A DNA stretch of 64,000 nt from an uncultured delta proteobacterium (GTDB lineage Bacteria > Myxococcota_A > UBA9160 > SMWR01), in the NCBI GenBank assembly GCA_963832165.1, contig CAWHTE010000011.1, forward strand, positions 576,001 through 640,000, read 5' to 3'. The notes under the pieces were generated by a model, which was given only the letters and a program-made list of their open reading frames with translations, was not told the DNA's origin and ran no database searches. Shown here one piece after another: positions 60,994-64,000 of this stretch. A program made the position numbers and the translations under genes. Each line of letters begins with the position of its first letter. Position 1 is the stretch's first letter.

Positions 60994-61806
60994 TCAGGCC
61001 AGCGTCGTCGGCGAAGGAATCAGCTCTGAAGGGCTTCCGAGATGTCTCCAACGGGCCCGTCGCTGCTCTAGATGGGCTCGGAGCGCCTCTTCGAAGTCTG
61101 CGCCCACAACGCTCGCCGCATGATCCTCCGACTCGAACGGCGGCAGATCCCGATGGGAGATCTGCTTCATCGCGCGTCGCGCGGCCGGGGAGGTGATCAG
61201 CACATCGGTCACGAAGCCGGCCGTGGCGATGTCGAACTGCTCGCGCGTGCACAGCCGATTCACGAGACCGATGCGCTGCGCTTCCTCCGCGTCGATCGCG
61301 CGCGCGGTGGTGAGGAGATCGGTCGCTCGTGCGAGTCCGACGCGCTGTGGCAGGCGAGCCGCAGACAGCGCGTCGCACAGGCCCCACGTGCCCGCGTCGA
61401 ACGAGAACCGGGCGTCGTGGACCGCAAGCGCGAGGTCGCAGAGCAGGGCGATCGCAAGTGCCTCTCCACAGGCCGGACCGTTGAATGCTGCGATGGTGGT
61501 CTGCGGGCACGTCTCGATCGCTTCGACGACGGCGATCCTCCACGCGCACTGCCGATGCGAGGCGGCCGGCTCGCCGGCGCCGGCCAGCCGGGCGTCGAGC
61601 GCGGGGAATCCGTCGGGACCAAAGTGCGCGCCCGATCCGCGCAGCACGACGACGCTGCGATCCGCGTCCAGACGCGCGCGCACGAACGCTTCGTAGAGTG
61701 CGTCGTAGAGCGCTTCGTCCCAGTAGGCGACGTCCTGGCCGGCGAGCGTGATCCAGATCGCGTGGTCCGTCGTCTGGTAGTGGACCGCGGCTTCGCGCGC
61801 TGCCAT
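60994..61806 (-). CDS. Divergent crotonase/enoyl-CoA hydratase family protein
   Basis: WITL, SVVVLRGSG, PQTTIAAFNGPACG, LCDLALA, DAEEAQRIGLVNR. Confidence 0.8.
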   Translation of the reverse strand: MAAREAAVHYQTTDHAIWITLAGQDVAYWDEALYDALYEAFVRARLDADRSVVVLRGSGAHFGPDGFPALDARLAGAGEPAASHRQCAWRIAVVEAIETCPQTTIAAFNGPACGEALAIALLCDLALAVHDARFSFDAGTWGLCDALSAARLPQRVGLARATDLLTTARAIDAEEAQRIGLVNRLCTREQFDIATAGFVTDVLITSPAARRAMKQISHRDLPPFESEDHAASVVGADFEEALRAHLEQRRARWRHLGSPSELIPSPTTLA

Positions 61807-61826
61807 GGATGCCGACGTCCTCGCGC

Positions 61827-62636
61827 TCAGACGTGGCGCGCGAACCAGTTGCGCAAGATGGCGATGTACCGCTCGGGATGATCGATCGTGACCGAGTGGC
61901 TCACGCCCTCGATCTCGCCGTACTCCGCGCCCGGCACCGCGGCAGCCAACTGCAGCGCGTGCTTGCGCGGGACGAGCAGGTCGGCGGTTCCCCAGAGCGC
62001 GAGCAGCGGGGCGCGGATCCGGCCCAGCTCCTCGTCGGAGAGCGAGTGGCCGAGATCGACGTCGACCTGGCGCAGGAAGGCCGCCTTGTCGAATCCCGCG
62101 GCCATCGCCTTGCCGATCAGGTCGATCTGCCCGCCGAGCTGCTCGAGCGTCTCGTTGGAGAAGCTCATGAACGCCATCATTTTGAACTGGATCTCCCAGC
62201 CACATGTCTCGACAAGCTCCTTCCAGAACGAGAACTGGCGGCGCAGGTGCTCGTCGACGCGTGCCCAGCACGACGCCGTGCTCAGGGAGATCACGCGGTC
62301 GGGGTGGTTCAGCGCGATCTGGAGGGCGACGCAGCCGCCCAGCGAGAATCCCGCCGTCTGCGCGCGGTCGATGCCGAAGGCGTCGAGCACCGCGATCGCA
62401 TCGTCCGCGATGCGCGCGCTGTCGTAGGGTTCTCTCGCGCGATCCGCCTCGCCGACGTCGCGCGCGTCGAACGTCACGATCCGGTAGCGATCCGAGAGTC
62501 CGGCGACGGTCGGAGCCCACATCGCGCGCGGCATCGTGGTTCCCGCGATCAGCAGCACCGGCGGCCCATCCGGGCGGCCGGCGTCCTCACCGACGATGCG
62601 CAGGCCGTCCGCGGTGGTGATGTCGATGGTGCTCAT
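61827..62636 (-). CDS. Alpha/beta hydrolase
   Basis: GPPVLLIAG, FDARDVG, GFSLGG nucleophile elbow, GTADLLVP, terminal His. Confidence 0.92.
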   Translation of the reverse strand: MSTIDITTADGLRIVGEDAGRPDGPPVLLIAGTTMPRAMWAPTVAGLSDRYRIVTFDARDVGEADRAREPYDSARIADDAIAVLDAFGIDRAQTAGFSLGGCVALQIALNHPDRVISLSTASCWARVDEHLRRQFSFWKELVETCGWEIQFKMMAFMSFSNETLEQLGGQIDLIGKAMAAGFDKAAFLRQVDVDLGHSLSDEELGRIRAPLLALWGTADLLVPRKHALQLAAAVPGAEYGEIEGVSHSVTIDHPERYIAILRNWFARHV

Positions 62637-62666
62637 AAGCTGCTCCTCTCTGCGATCCTCGCGAAA

Positions 62667-63443
62667 TCACAAGATGTCGAGCATGCGGCCGGCGCTCATG
62701 CCGCCGTCGACGACGTGGATCTCGCCGGTGACGAAGCCCGCGTCGTCCGAGGCGAGATAGGCGATCGACCCTGCGATCTCCTCGGGCTTTCCGTTGCGCC
62801 CGAGCGGGTGGACCGTCTTGCCGGTGTCCATCACCTTTGCGCTCATCTCGGGCCCGACCATCGCCTCCACGAAGCGCGTCGCGACGCCGCCCGGGCAGAC
62901 CGCGTTGATGCGCACCTTCGGGGCGAACTCCATCGCCGCCGAGCGCGTCATGGAGACGACGGCGCCCTTGGTCGCCGAATAGATCACGTCCATGGGCGTC
63001 CCGAGCAGCGCTGCCACGGAAGACACGTTCACGATCGCGCCGCCTCCTGCTGCGGCCATCCGCGGCGCTGCGGCTCTCATGCCGTAGAGCACGCCCTTGA
63101 AGTTGATCCCGATCAGACGGTCGATCTCGCTGTCGTCGAGCGCGGCTAGCGGTGCGAAGAAGCCGACGCCGGCATTGTTGACGAGCACGTCGAACCCCGC
63201 GAGCTCGGCGCTTGCGCGTTCGATGAGCGCCTCCACCTCGCTGCGCACCGCGACGTTCGTCGCCACCGCGATCGCGCGTCCTCCGCGCACCTCGATCCCG
63301 GCCGCGACCTCCTTGGCGCGCGACTCGTCGAGATCCGATACCGCGACACGCGCGCCTTCTTCTGCCAGGCGGCGCGCCACGGCGGCGCCGATGCCCGATC
63401 CAGCTCCCGTGACCACAGCCACGCGTCCCGCGAAGCGCTCCAT
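62667..63443 (-). CDS. Short-chain dehydrogenase/reductase
   Basis: TGAGSGIG, LVNNAG, YSATK, INAVCPG, VDGG. Confidence 0.95.
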   Translation of the reverse strand: MERFAGRVAVVTGAGSGIGAAVARRLAEEGARVAVSDLDESRAKEVAAGIEVRGGRAIAVATNVAVRSEVEALIERASAELAGFDVLVNNAGVGFFAPLAALDDSEIDRLIGINFKGVLYGMRAAAPRMAAAGGGAIVNVSSVAALLGTPMDVIYSATKGAVVSMTRSAAMEFAPKVRINAVCPGGVATRFVEAMVGPEMSAKVMDTGKTVHPLGRNGKPEEIAGSIAYLASDDAGFVTGEIHVVDGGMSAGRMLDIL

Positions 63444-63545
63444 CGGAACCTCTGTGCAGCCAGAGCAGCCACCTGCCTGGCTCGACGAATTATGAGACCC
63501 AGCGCACGAAATTACCAGCAACCCGGCGTGCAACGAGGCACCGCG

Positions 63546-64000
63546 TCATCGCAGCGCCTCGGGAAGGACACTGGCGTCCATCTCCCCGAACAGACCCTCG
63601 TCGCGCGCCTCCTTCTCGATCAGGCGGGCGGTCAGCGACTGGATCTGCAGCATGGTACGGGCGTGGTTTCGCAGCTCACGCCGCTCGGACGCCGGCGTGT
63701 TCTCGATCGCGGCGACCAGCCACTCGTGCGACTGCTCGGCCGCTCGCTGCGCGATCGCGCTCACGCGCAGCAGGATGTCCTGGACAGCGGAATGATCGGT
63801 CGCGAAGTCGTGGACTCCCATTCGCGAGCCGTGATTGAAGACCAGACGATCGATCAGGAACTCGGTCCAGGTGCTGTCGGCTGCCAGCGCGCCGAGCAGC
63901 GCCGTGAGCGCGCCGTGGCTCGACGGGCGGTCGTGTACGATGGCGTCGAGCTGCCGGGAGAGCGACGTGACGAGCGCATGGCGGTCGGTGGCGTCCTGGA
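63546..64000 (-). CDS. Partial (5'-truncated by the window edge) alpha-helical protein, possibly ferritin-like
   Basis: Frame is open from the window end through 63821 (...ADSTWTEFLIDRLVFNHGSRMGVHDF...). Confidence 0.5.
   Translation of the reverse strand, partial: QDATDRHALVTSLSRQLDAIVHDRPSSHGALTALLGALAADSTWTEFLIDRLVFNHGSRMGVHDFATDHSAVQDILLRVSAIAQRAAEQSHEWLVAAIENTPASERRELRNHARTMLQIQSLTARLIEKEARDEGLFGEMDASVLPEALR

Noticed and set aside
54073..64000. Prophage or intact integrative element
   Set aside because: No integrase, transposase, phage structural gene or att duplication is visible within the window.

Overview
This is high-GC bacterial DNA, probably from a Myxococcota/deltaproteobacterial-type genome. 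That lineage is inferred from gene content (DUF4388-FHA, Gld-like ABC, RpoH, DksA, pan leader) and is not proven. Positions 1-39.8 kb are mostly core genes: iscA/iscS, cysC, TPR plus lipoprotein, an Opp-type ABC system, PP2C, a Gld-like ABC exporter, suhB/tatD/holB, bactofilin, moaDE/moaB, rpoH, pepA, tolQRAB-cpoB without pal, dksA, tsaD, rsmA, panBCD and smpB. Positions 39.9-53.6 kb hold a lipid/CoA-metabolism block, followed by tmRNA (53706-54072). Directly behind ssrA is an accessory region. It carries a compact three-gene CBASS anti-phage operon (CD-NTase, a stand-alone E2-like protein and a patatin/CapV effector, with no E1 or JAB), gene remnants, and an AveC-family/crotonase/LLM/SDR cluster. 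Non-coding structure read directly from the sequence includes a pan-motif-like tandem bulged-A hairpin leader before panB, four T(C/A)AAG-N15-NCCGAN sigma28-like promoters, and a family of REP/MITE-like dispersed repeats. Six genes are frameshifted, five of them by a net +1 base, which most likely reflects long-read assembly error.
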